From assembly GCA_002269645.1 (NCBI GenBank), contig NIVC01000884.1, forward strand, positions 331,616 to 395,615: DNA of 64,000 nucleotides, in the 5' to 3' direction. Source of the DNA: Macrostomum lignano. Taxonomy: Eukaryota. Positions 1 to 22,750 of this stretch are shown here, in pieces (the stretch's first letter is position 1; the number at the start of each line of letters is the position of its first letter). The notes below the pieces were generated by a model, which saw nothing but the letters and a program-made list of their open reading frames with translations, did no database searches and had not been told where the DNA came from. Position numbers and translations under genes: made by a program.

Positions 1-672
1 TGAGTTAGTTATGAGTTCATGAGTGAGTTAGTTGTGAGTTCATGAGTGAGTTAGTCATGAGTTCATGAGTGAGTTTAGGTGTTCATGAGTAAGTTAGTTA
101 TATGAGTTCATGAGTGAGTTAGTCATGAGTTCATGAGTGAGTTAGTCATGAGTTCATGAGTGAGTTTAGGAGTTCATGAGTGAGTTAGTTATGAGTTCAT
201 GAGTGAGTTAGTCATGAGTTCATGAGTGAGTTTAGGAGTTCATGCGTGAGTTAGTTATGAGTTCATGAGTGAGTTAGTTAGGAGTTCATGAGTGAGTTAG
301 TTAGGAGTTCATGAGTGAGTTAGTTAGGAGTTCATGAGTGAGTTTAGGAGTTCGTGAGTGAGTTAGTTATGAGTTCATGCGTGAGTTAGTTATGAGTTCA
401 TGAGTGAGTTAGTTATGAGTTCATGAGTGAGTTAGTCATGAGTTCATGAGTGAGTTTAGGAGTTCGTGAGTGAGTTAGTTATGAGTTCATGCGTGAGTTA
501 GTTAGGAGTTCATGAGTGAGTTAGTTAGGAGTTCATGAGTTAGTTAGGAGTTCATGAGTGAGTTAGTTAGGAGTTCATGAGTGAGTTTAGGAGTTCGTGA
601 GTGAGTTAGTTATGAGTTCATGAGTGAGTTAGTTATGAGTTCATGAGTGAGTTAGTTGTGAGTTCATGAGTT
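1..672. repeat. 21-bp minisatellite (GAGTTCATGAGTGAGTTAGTT-like unit)
   Basis: About 30 tandem copies with small variants, running off the window start. Confidence 0.95.
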
Positions 673-1496
673 GGATACGAATGCATCTGAGTAAGCGCGA
701 AGCTGTTTGGAAAAATTCAAATCACAAACAGAACAGTAAAGTTTTGCTTGGAGTTTTTCAATTATAATTAAATCTTAGTAGAACAAAGTCATTATAGTAA
801 TATAATAATTATTATATTTAATCAATGTAAAACAAACCAACTTGCTAGCTCTAGTTAAGCTTAGCAAAATATTTGGCAAAAAAGTTGTAACAAATTTATA
901 CGACATTTCCTGCTGAGTCGCGTGAACACAGTTGCGGATCCAAGTCTACCCCAGAATCTCATGGACTTTGTAAGTTGAATTAGTAGAGCATGGGTCAGCT
1001 GGGTCAGACATTCTTATGGTATCTTATGTCAGGTAAAGTCAGGTATCCGCAACCCCTTGTTCTATTCAGTGCACTGCCGCATTCGCATTGACCCGGGGTG
1101 TTGTTGCTCGGTTCGTTCACACCCTGTGCGAGCGTGTATTTTAATGTATCAGGGATTTATCAATTATCCACTACCGAGCCGATCTGCCAGGTGAGTCAAA
1201 CAATTACAATGAGTTCTTAAAGCCGCGTACTCATGTGAAAAGATTGAATTTGAAAAATGATTTAATGCAATTCATATCTACAAAAATATATGCGCTAAGA
1301 AGGAAAAGTGAGAAAATCGTTATTTAAAAACAAGCGGGTTGACAGAGGAAGTTATTACAGTCAATTACAGTGAATTACAGCAAGTTAGTTAGCGGAATGC
1401 CAGAATATTAGGTCGAATAATTATCTGATAGTAAGTAGTACAGCAACAGAATTCGACATTGTCATAGGCGCTGTTGAACCTACACACGAGGGCGCA

Positions 1497-3675
1497 TCAG
1501 CCGTTGTAGCCATAATCAGCTTTGTTGTGCATCACGAGGCGATCATTCACGAAGTAGAAGCTGTCACTCTTCGTCTCGAACGGGTTGTCAATCATCTCTT
1601 TGACTGAAATTTGTTATTCGGAGTAAATTGATTTCACTCATTATTACTTACATTGCTCACTCATTAAACTGCTTATTCATTCACTAACTCACCCACACAA
1701 TCACCCAATCCACTTATTCACTATATCGTGAACAGGGACACACGCAGCGGAAATAAGCCAAGCCGAAAGACATGGGTTTGCCATAGACTTGTGCAGAAAA
1801 TCAGCAATCAATTTGGTCTCTATTTGCATTCTATTTGAGCTAACTAAAGATTATCTATAAAGATTCTCTAAGCGACTAAGGGTCTAGAAAGCTAATTTTG
1901 GAATAACGGCCTCTATGTGCCATGTCTCTTGTACTAGAGCTAATTTTGGGCGGAGCAAATTGAACACAAGTACACGGCTATTTCCGAATTGCTTTCTGCT
2001 CTCTGCTAAGTCTATGGCCAAACCCTACTGGCAAATTCGCACCATATTAAACTTAGATTTCGCCAAATAGAGCGCAAAAATGTAATAATACATCTGCATG
2101 TAGACATTTCTCTGTGCCTTGTGGGGGCTGGCATGGATCTCACGCACGAGCTCTCTCACTCTAAACTTGCGCACCTTTAAACGCTAAAATCTTACCTTCC
2201 TCCTGCGTTAGACTCGGAAATTCGTAAATATGCTCGACGGTGTTTTTTGAATGCGGTATAACAAAGCCAAAATCGAAATCGAACGATTTCAATAGCCGGT
2301 CGCGAAAATAATGACGCTCAATCATGCGGAATTTGGTGATCTCCAGGTCGCCGACTGTGAATTCGATTCTGATGGAATTAAAAAGGTCAAGTTATAGCCA
2401 TGTCCTATACATGTAGTTTGTAAATAATACTATGGTAAATTCTGCAGAAATACCCGTAAAGTAGAGCATAGCCCCTAAAGCTGATGCAAGATGGCACTGC
2501 GGTGTACTTTTGCCTTTTTATTTGAAGGCAGCACTGTTTTGTGCAGCGCAAAAGTACATGCAGCTGCTTTGTTGGCTTAAATATAATTTTTCAGTTGCTT
2601 ATACTTGCACTGCATTCTTTCGTTAGAACCTTCAGTTATAAACGGACAACATGTTGCACTTACCGACTCAAACCAACGAATGCATTTCTATATGAAAAAT
2701 GGCTAGAAAGAAATAACAAATCACAGAATTAAGAATAGAATTCTCACGTGGCGCCAACAGTTTTAAGCCGGAGAAAATCTTTCGGGAACTGGTAGCGAAT
2801 GAACCGACCGGCATTCGGGTCGTCTGGATTTTGAACAATTTCTAAAGTCATGTAGGAAAGTTAGGTTTTAGGTAGGTGCATAAATAAAAACAAAAATGCA
2901 ATTAAAAGGCAGGAAAGATCTCAGTTCATGCGGTACCCGAATCTGGCGGTTTTGAAACTTCGAACAGGACCTGACCGGACACCAGATCGCGGAGCTTGAA
3001 TCGCGTGAACTCGATTTCGTACTTGTTTGCGTCCGTACTGCACAGGTATTCTTAAATAAAGAGGTTAGGCGTCGATTCAAATTAGCTATAGTTTGAGCCT
3101 AATGACTGAAGTTTAAACGATAACAATCAAATTTTTAAGTGAATTTTTAAACGAAAAAAATCATTTTTTCAATATTCTCTCACTTTATTAACTAATTGTA
3201 CTAGTAAAATCAAAACTACATTAATTTTCGGAATAAAGCAAATAATTTATTTGAATACACTTGCCAGCTTGCCTTCGAAGTCAAAAATATTTTGACCCAC
3301 TTTATGACTCAATAAAGCAACTAAATAGGAAAGTTACCTGACTCAGCAGCAGAGCTGTTTTTTAGGGGACTTGGTTTTTGGAAAGCTTTGCATTCAATGA
3401 AAGGAGAACCGTTCAATCGATACCGAATGGTACATTCTGTTCAATTTAAACTTCATTGGGGTACCTATACTAGTAAATACTATCGTTAAATTTAGAATTT
3501 AGTGGCAGCGTTGTCTCCTACCTTTCGTTGCCGACTTCAGACAAAGAACATCCTCAGGACGAATAGTTCCAGACTTAAGCAAATCATCTTCTGTCTTCAC
3601 TTTTGATTCATTAGCTTTTCTTGCAAGGACACTTCCACCTTTCTTCTTTGGAATTGCTTTAGTTTGTGAAGCCAT
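1497..3675 (-). CDS. unc119: UNC-119 lipid-binding cargo chaperone; exons 3675-3522, 3050-2937, 2841-2748, 2368-2196, 1603-1497
   Basis: Spliced translation gives [58 protein letters not shown] and [19 protein letters not shown], which are UNC119 family motifs. GT-AG introns keep frame; the intron 2 donor GTACCG is weak. Confidence 0.93.
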
Positions 3676-4198
3676 TGTCAATGAGATTTGACTGTTATAG
3701 TTTTGAAATATAATCGACCAACAAGCTTTGTGTGAAAAATAGTGGGATAGGTACAAGTTAAAAAAGTAGGATACCGAGTAGAAAAAAAAGTTATTGGATT
3801 CATCGCAAGAAAATATAAACAGTGAAAAGTGTTATTTTAACTAAAAAATTTTTTTTTAGAACAGTTATCTTAAAGTGCGTCTTTTTCGAAACATATATTT
3901 GTTTTAGTTTACTAAAAGTCTTAATGTTTTTTGAATCAAAATAATTTTCGTCCGGACCTTAGAAATAATCCATCACGTTGGCACTGGAGCTACAAATCTG
4001 GTTATTATTATTATATTCTCTTTAATATCGAGATAACGCATTAATTTTTACTTCTCTGTAGAGACCCTTCGTAGGCTGCTTGATTTTTTGTTTTATTTGG
4101 CAATCTAAAAGACAAGCATCAGGTCTATAACTAAAATAAAAAACTATCCTACTTATACTACCTTGCTGTAAGCCTGTAACCTTTGCGCCTTAAATACT
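3676..4198. promoter_or_regulatory. Putative shared bidirectional promoter between unc119 and drp1
   Basis: Divergent start codons are 523 bp apart with an AT-rich spacer. No specific motif was identified. Confidence 0.5.
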
Positions 4199-14894
<10,696 letters not shown>

Positions 14895-15329
14895 GAAAAG
14901 TACTAATTGACAGTCCCGAGTAGACAAAGATTGCCGGCTACAAACAGACAATGCGGACCCAGTCTTAATCGGTCTTATTGTTCTTTTTTTCAATTCAGAG
15001 TTTGAAAAACTACGATTTGACTGACAACTTTGTGTGACAACTTCTGCGGCAAATTTCTTCTGCTTTAACCAGATAAAAAAGATTTGCTGCTGTTGCAATT
15101 TGGCTCCAAACTTGTTTTTTTACACGGTACGTGACAAATAAAAATAAAAAAGTTATACCTTGTAAAATTTATTTACAAATTATCGATCGAAATAAAAATT
15201 GTTTTTCTTCCTCCTGTCCTGTTTCTTGCGTGCTTGTGTGTGTGCGTTTTTAAGACCTCAGTTTCTGAGGCTATGTTTGATCATCGTATAAAATAATCCG
15301 CGAATTCCCCTGTCTATAAAATGATTCGG

Positions 15330-15885
15330 GAATTCCCTTAGCAACAGTGTATAGAATCATTCGGGAATTCCCTTAGCAACAGTATATAGAATCATTCGGG
15401 AATTCCCTTAGCAACAGTATATAGAATCATTCGGGAATTCCCTTAGCAACGGTCTATAGAATCATTCGGGAATTCGCTTAGCAAAAGTCTACGAGTACAG
15501 AACCATTCGGGAATTCCCTTAGCAACAGTCTACAGAACCATTCGTGAATTCCCTCCCCTAGCAACAGCCTATAGAATCATTTTGGAATTCCTTTAGCAAT
15601 GTTCTATAGAATCATTCGGGATTTCCCTTAACAGTCTACAGAACCATTCGGGAATTCCCTTAGCAACAGTCTACAGAACCATTCGTGAATTCCCTCCCCT
15701 AGCAACAGCCTATAGAATCATTTTGGAATTCCTTTAGCAATGGTCTATAGAATCATTCGGAATTTCCCTTAACAGTCTACAGAACCATTCGGGAATTCCC
15801 TTAGCAACAGTCTACAGAACCATTCGGGAATTCCCTTAGCAACAGTCTATAGAACCATTTGGGAATTCCCTCAGCGACAGTCTAT
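15330..15885. repeat. About 33-bp minisatellite with palindromic GGGAATTCCC core
   Basis: About 16 copies of TATAGAATCATTCGGGAATTCCCTTAGCAACAG, downstream of the drp1 3' end. Confidence 0.92.
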
Positions 15886-17272
15886 GAAACGGTTCCGGTA
15901 TTCCTAGGAAAATAACCTTTTGACTAATACAAGCGCACGTGGTAATGCGATATTCCACATGCGGTTGTCATATAAACAGCGTGCACATTGTCTGTCTCAC
16001 AAATTTGATCTTATAATTCGCGTGTGACAGATCGAAATCTATTACTTCCTTGACGCCCTCTGCGCTGATTCCTTATTGTTGGTTGGAATTTTTCGAATCA
16101 ATTTTTTTCATTGTAAACCCCCGTGTGACGATTGAATTCGATGGCTTTACGAGTAATCGTACGAGTAATTGCGAGTACTTTATTTTGCATAGCGAAATGC
16201 CTAACTTATAAACCGCATGCTTATTAATAATATTAACTAGGACTGAATTATACTTGAGCGTCATTTGTACGAATTTCGAATGGCTTGCTGTGTTATACTT
16301 TATTTTACTATATTAATTTACTCAAAAAAATATGTGCACATTGTGAGTTAGCTTCTAATATGCCATTTTTACTATTAAATTTCGAATAAGGAATGCGACA
16401 GAAATCACTTACTGTAAGTAGTACGGATTGCAAACATTTGCTAAATTTGTTATTCAACTGTAAAAAAGTATTTTTCATTGGGATTAGTCTTAAGAGATAT
16501 GCTCACTTTTTATTTCTTGAATTGTGTAGTTCAGTTTTATAGAATATTTTATGGTATTGCAGTAATAATTTATTAACCCTCTTTCGAATGTCGTTTCTGC
16601 TAGTTTAGTTAAAACCCGATTAATAATACAATTATAATTATATTGAATTATCCCTCAGAACGCATTCGTCATTGTCTGCATTAAATTTGTCACAACTTAT
16701 AATCTGCCCCATCGCAAAGGTTTTCATTTATTACATTTCAATTTATACTGGCCTTCATGCCTAGTTATTGAATTAATCATTTTTACTGCATTGCTATATC
16801 AGTTTCCACGCCCACTCTAAGTATATAAAAATGTTTTTTGTTATTCAATAGAAACAGAAATAAATGGTTTATAACAACCGTATCTATATATGTATATAAT
16901 TAAAAAATTAACTTTGTTACAATTATACAGGCGCCACCACCAGCAGAGATGCAGAGCAGTGTACCAGCGACCTTGATGTTGGTACAAACGAACAAGAGCA
17001 GAAAAAGTTTCTATTTGCAATTTTAATTTGTTTATTATTTACTTTCATAGGTTAAACTGAATTTTCGCTATACATGAATGCACAAATTGTTTAATTAGAC
17101 TTTGACAAAGTTTGTAGCAGATACTTAAACGATTAAATCTGCTTGGTGGAAACCACAGGAAATGGAAACGTGGGCGCCGGCAAAAATCACCTGTATAACG
17201 CCTGGATACTTCACTTTTTTAGTGATATTCAAATCACGCATTAGTAAATTCTTAGAAATGGTTTCTAAATGA

Positions 17273-17610
17273 GGGACCCGTAGCCCAGTGGTCTGGCGTG
17301 GCGCTTTGATGTGCCAGCGGCCCATGGGCTCGATTCCAAATGCAGTCACATACATTAATTTGGGGCTAAATTGGAGTCTCGGCTTGGCTCTGCTCGTGCA
17401 ATTAACGCCCTTGAAGGCCAACCCCCAAGGCACAGTGATGTGTACATGTCAAACGATAAATAAAGTTAGGGCCGCTGTACACTCCTGTGTGTGTGCCTGT
17501 GCGTATGACTGCGTACGTATCCGCGCGCTTGTGTGCCTGCTCAGGGGAGTCTGCGGAATGGGGTTGTGTGACAATGTCGCTTAAAGTGCACCCAGGTGCA
17601 CACAGTGTTT
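17273..17610 (+). mobile_element. tRNA-derived SINE, family A
   Basis: A-box TAGCCCAGTGG and B-box-like GGCTCGATTCC at the 5' end; homologous copies at 31572, 49480, 21930, 55900 and 36405. Confidence 0.8.
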
Positions 17611-17969
17611 CTAAATCATCTGTAGATATTGATTGAAGTGATTATGAAATTCACACGATTCACTTGATAATGAAACGATCTCTTTTAAATGTACATATAG
17701 CTTGTGCAAAACTTGCTGCGTAGACTTCAAAGACCACGTTTTCAGGAATCAAAGCGGATTCCTTTGTAAAAAACAGTAAAACAACCAAATATATTCCTGG
17801 CATCATAGTCGCACGACATTTTCTGCATAGCAACAACAATTGAAGCAATTAATGAACTGGGGTTTCCAACCGGTGTATTTCAATAAAGCAGCAGAGTTAC
17901 AGCGGTGAATGAATACATCCGAATAATATAGCCAAAAATGCTCAACTTTAACTGTCTGACTGATAAGCC

Positions 17970-20900
17970 TTACTGCATGGGATTAGGCACAGTCGCTGCT
18001 GGGGCAATAATCCCAGGCGGGGGAGGCGGCTGCATGGGATAGATTGTCGCCGGCTGCTGCATCGCTCCAATGGCCACAGACGGGCCGCCGCTGCTGCCGC
18101 CTCCGCCGGCATCATCCGCCGAGGCCGATTTGCCTCCGGCAGCAGAATTTCTGGGCGGCGGAGATTTCGGCCGCAGGCGTTCGATCTCCTCTGTACAGCC
18201 GGTCAGGTGGGCCTGCGCGTCGCGGCTGAAATAGCCAGAATAGATGCGCGAATCGAAGTTCGAAGCGGCCAGCTCGGGGCCCAGGGACAGCCAGCCTTTT
18301 CTAACGGTGTCGTCCCTGGCGAACAGGTGCAGCCGGCGCCTGCCCAGACAGAAGTGCTCGATAATGTTGAACAGCTCGGCTGGGTGCGCCTTCTGGCCCC
18401 AGCCCGGCTCCTCGTGCATGATGAGGTCAATGTCAACGTTGGCATGGATGAAGTCGCCATCAGTGGAGCGGCGAACCGTGCCCTTGATACCCATGAGGCA
18501 GTGCTCCTTGGTCTGCTGGAATAGGGCCGTCTCCGCCTCCACCTGCGATTAAGGGTGAGGATTAAAAGTGCGAGCAGTTGTACTTTAACAGACAGAAGGA
18601 AGGGGGGCGTTTCGTCACGTTCCGCAGTTATATCGCACTCCGTAATGACTCTGTAAAAAACATCACAATCCTCATAATTCATGACAATCCCCAAACTTCA
18701 TAATTCCCATAATTCATGACAATTCCCAGACTTCGTAATTCCCATAATTCATGACAATCCCCAAACTTCACAATCCCCATAATTCAGGACAATCCCCAGA
18801 CTTCATAATTCCCATAATTCATGACAATCCCCAAGCTTCACAATCCCCATAATTCATGACCTTTTCCAAGCTTCACAATCCCCATAATTCATGACCTTTT
18901 CCAAGCTTCACAAATCCCCATAATTCATGAAATTTTCCAAGCTTCACAATATCCATCATTCATGACATCTTCCAAGCTTCACAATCCACAAAATTCATGA
19001 AATTCCCCATAATTCACGACAATCCCCATAATTTATGACATTCCCTATAATTCACGACAATCCCCATAATTTATGACATTCCCTATAATTCATGATAATC
19101 CCCATAATTCATGACATTTTCCAAGCTTCACAATCCCCATAATTCATGACATTTTCCAAGCTTCACAATCCCCATAATTCATGACATTTTCCAAGCTTCA
19201 CAATCCCCATAATTCATGACATTTTCCAAGCTTCACAATCCCCAAAATTCATGACATTTTCCAAGCTTTACAATCCCCAAAATTCATGATTATCCCCATA
19301 ATTAATGATTATCCCCATAATTCATGATTATCCCCAAGCTTCACAATCCCCAAATATCATGACAATCCCCATATTCATGACATTCCCTATAATTAATGAC
19401 AATCCCCATAATTAATGATTATCCCCAAGCTTCACAATCCCAAAAATTCATGACAATCCCTATAATTCATGATAATCCCCATAATTCATGATTATCCCCA
19501 AGCTTCACAATCCCAAAAATTCATGACAATCCCTATAATTCATGATAATCCCCATATTCATGACATTCCCTATAATTAATGACAATCCCCATAATTAATG
19601 ATTATCCCCAAGCTTCACAATCCCAAAAATTCATGACAATCACAAAAATTCATGACAATCCCCATAATTTATGATTATCCCCAAGCTTCACAATCCCTAA
19701 AATCCAACAATCATCCAACGGGGCAAGCGCACCCCAATATCAGGAACATCTAACTGCCAGAAACAATCCGCCTACCAGCTTGTGTCCTGGCCGGCCCTTG
19801 TTAGTCTTGATCCAGCAGATATCTTCGCACCTACGGAAGCCCCATTTGCGCAGACAGCGGCGGCCGTGCTCCAGACTCTCGCCGTTGCCGCACCAGAGCC
19901 ACACGAAGCAGCGGGGGGCGGTGATCTCCTCAATTTTTAACTGTTCAATTTCGTCCCAGGACCAATAGCGGGGGTAATAAACACCGTGCGATATGTTGTA
20001 CTCTTCGAGTGGCGGCTCGACCAAGATGGCGTCAAATTTGCAGTTGAGATCGTTCAAGTTGAAGGTGAGCAGGTCGCACCTGGTGTTTGGGAATTAGAGG
20101 TGCAAGTGACGATTGGGAAGATTCTAAAGGTTTATATCGGGAAGATTCTGAAGGTGTCTTTCAGATGGTGGCTTTTGGGAAGATTCAAATGGTGGCTTTT
20201 GGGAAGATTCTGAAGGTGGCTTTTGGGAAGATTCAGATGGTAGCAATTTTGGGAAGATTCTAATGGTGGCTTTTGGGAAGATTCTGATGGGGCAACTGGG
20301 AATATTATGATGAGACAATTGAGAAGATTATGATGGGACAGTTGGAAAGATTATGATGAGGCAACTGGGAAAATTATGATGAGGCAACTGGGAAAACTAT
20401 GATGAGGCAACTGGGAAGATGATGATGGGGAAACTGGGAAAATGATGATGGGGAAACTGGGAAAATTTTGATGGGGAAACTGGGAAAAGTTTGATGGGGA
20501 AACTGGGAAAATTATGAAGGGGCAATTGGGAAGATTATGATGGGGCAATTAGGAAGATGATAATATGAGACTATTGGGAGAAATCTGAGGGTGACAATAG
20601 ACAAGATTCTAGGTAAATGTTGCTAAAGAAGTTAATACATACTTGAGATACATGGGCGGAGTAGCCGTCTCTTTCACAAGTTCGTCCTTCAGCCGAATAA
20701 GCTCGCGCAATTTCGGGTATTCAGCAAACCGGTTGGCCAGGCCGGCATCGCGAATGAAATTCTGCGGCCTCAGGCCGGTGTCAACAAAGTGCTGGCTGTA
20801 GTCATTGTGCGGATTGGCCGACTGGGTGCCCTTCAGGAAGATGTTCTTGAAGTCTGCCGGGTTGCGCGTGTTGCCGGCTGCGTCCTGCGTGGAAAGCAGA

Positions 20901-21778
20901 CTGGCGGCCTGGCAGTGTTGAGTTTCGGGCGCGCGAATTTGAATGTGGACTTTCTAAGAATTCTATTAGAATACATTTGCAATAAAATACAAACCCAGAA
21001 CCCAGCAACTGAGGGTCTGGGAGGCTGGCCCAGCAACTGAGGGTCTGGGAGGCTGGCCCAGCAACTGAGGGTCTGGGAGGCTGGCCCAGCAACTGAGGAT
21101 CTGGGAGGCTGACTGCTCAGCCGCAATATCCCAAGAAACCCCAGGCTACTCCAGTTCGCAGCGGCAGCAGACCGCAATGCAGCTCACAACTTCCTCGGCA
21201 GACTTTTGAACGGCCTCGCTAGTAGACGAGTCGCCACCGGCGCTCTGAACTCGCCTGTGCCGCAGCACGGAGGTCGCCGTCGGGCCCGCATTCGACGTTG
21301 CGGTTGTCGCCGCCTTGGTTGCATCGTCGCTGACAGGCGCTGCTGCCTTGGACGCGGTAGCCGCCGAAGTCATGGACAGCAGCAGGGAGGACGGCAGCTT
21401 CGGCGGTGGCGGAGCCGCCAATCGGCGAATGCCGGTCACGTAGGCCTCAGGATCGAAGCCAGACTTGCCGAGCACCCGGCTGAGCTGGTCCGGGTGCAGC
21501 AAGCCGAACAGGTGCGCCAGAGAGTGGCGCCGGATTGCTTGGCGCCGACGTATGCGCCGAAGCCAACGCCGTCTGGAGCGCTGCTTTAACAGCGCGGATT
21601 CGGCAAACGACGGAGCTTCGTCTAATTCGTCTTTGTCGTCATCTTGATGGACTGCAGGCGGCGACAGCGGAGGAGGCGGCGGCGGAGGAGGCGGCATCTG
21701 CTGCTCCTCGGAATTACCGCCAGGGTTGCAGAGAGAATCTGCGCCGTCCCCGCTGCCGCCGTGAATTGCTGTTTGCAT
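17970..21778 (-). CDS. METTL14: m6A methyltransferase non-catalytic subunit METTL14; exons 21778-21188, 20953-20643, 20079-19776, 18542-17970
   Basis: [87 protein letters not shown] and [16 protein letters not shown]. Confidence 0.96.
18665..19705. repeat. Composite minisatellite (CCCCATAATTCATGACAAT / CCAAGCTTCACAAT modules) in METTL14 intron 3
   Basis: Tandem degenerate units of about 19 and 34 bp. Confidence 0.9.
20115..20600. repeat. Degenerate GGGAAGATT/GGGAAAATG-core minisatellite in METTL14 intron 2
   Basis: Repeating units of about 23 bp. Confidence 0.85.
21000..21115. repeat. 28-bp family minisatellite in METTL14 intron 1
   Basis: 4 copies of CCCAGCAACTGAGGGTCTGGGAGGCTGG. Confidence 0.9.
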
Positions 21779-21929
21779 GGGCGCTGCTTTCAGACATAAG
21801 TAAAATGTCAATATTGAAAACTTGATGAACAACTACTAACAGTAGTTAAATGCAGCAAAAAATAATCTAAAAAAACGAAATTCTGCCGATTCCACTGACT
21901 TCTGAGCAGAAGCAAGCGTGCCATTACTG

Positions 21930-22070
21930 TACGCAGGCGCGCACTCTACACGCGCTCACACAGGGTGTACAGCGGTCCTGACTTTATAATCGTAAGGCAT
22001 GTACACTCTCTGCGCCTTTGGGACTGGCACTCACGGGTTCGAATTGCACGACAACCCCAACGACTACATA
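21930..22070 (-). mobile_element. SINE family A fragment
   Basis: Shares GTGTACAGCGG-CCT-ACTTTAT-ATCGT-GGCATGTACAC with the copies at 31.7 kb and 49.6 kb. Confidence 0.6.
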
Positions 22071-22089
22071 TATATATTATTTCAATAGA

Positions 22090-22259
22090 ACATGTAGACA
22101 GGCCTCGGAGTGTCAATTGCAACAGCAAATTTTCAAACAGCAATCGACACGGTGTAAAGCCTGACAGCACAGCTGTTTAATATTGCATTGTTTAATCCTT
22201 CCAGGCCAGCTCATGATGGTAAAAAATAAGAAGGGCTGGCTTGGTACACACCAATGCAA
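22090..22259 (-). ncRNA. Box H/ACA snoRNA, predicted guide for the 18S uridine in CCUU-U-G-UACACAC
   Basis: 5' hairpin TGCATTG/CAATGCA plus CCAAGCCAGC/GCTGGCCTGG; H box ATATTA; 3' hairpin CAGGCT/GGCCTG plus GTGTCGATTGC/GCAATTGACAC; ACA 14 nt from the pocket. Homology to the second copy ends exactly at ACA. Confidence 0.8.
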
Positions 22260-22750
22260 AGCTGAGGTTTTGTAAGTTGCAACTTCATGAGGGTTCAGAT
22301 AAGAGGATAAACCTCAGTATGGATTAGGTGAGATTTACGGGATGGATTAATGGAGATTTGCATGGAGGATTATGGAGGATCTCGAGACTGGATGATGGGA
22401 GATTCTAGGACTATTTTATGGGAGATTTTCAGGCTAGATTATGGGAAACTTTGGGGTTAGGATCATGGGAGATACGTACTGAGACTGGATTAAGGAACAA
22501 TCTGGAGGTCGGTCTATGGAAAATCTTAAGGCTAGATTAGGACAGAAATATGAAATTAATAAAATCCATGCATTGCCTAACAATACCAGATAAGTGATTG
22601 AAAAATCAAACATTTAACAGAGTAGAACAGATTTTAAATTGAAATAATTTATTTATAAATGGCATTGAACCTGCTTAGATAAGCGAAAGCAAACAGGCGG
22701 ATTAGACAGGTAAAAACTACAGTCGACTTAAGACAATCTTAGCTAATAGC

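Noticed and set aside
900-1200. Plus-strand donor-like sites (TTT|GTAAGT near 970, CAG|GTGAGT near 1190)
   Set aside because: No coherent ORF or downstream exon was found, so a gene cannot be supported.
22093-22165. LSU rRNA GGAGUGUGUAAC as target of the snoRNA 3' pocket
   Set aside because: It gives only about 9 bp with non-canonical pocket geometry, so the pocket is left as an orphan guide.
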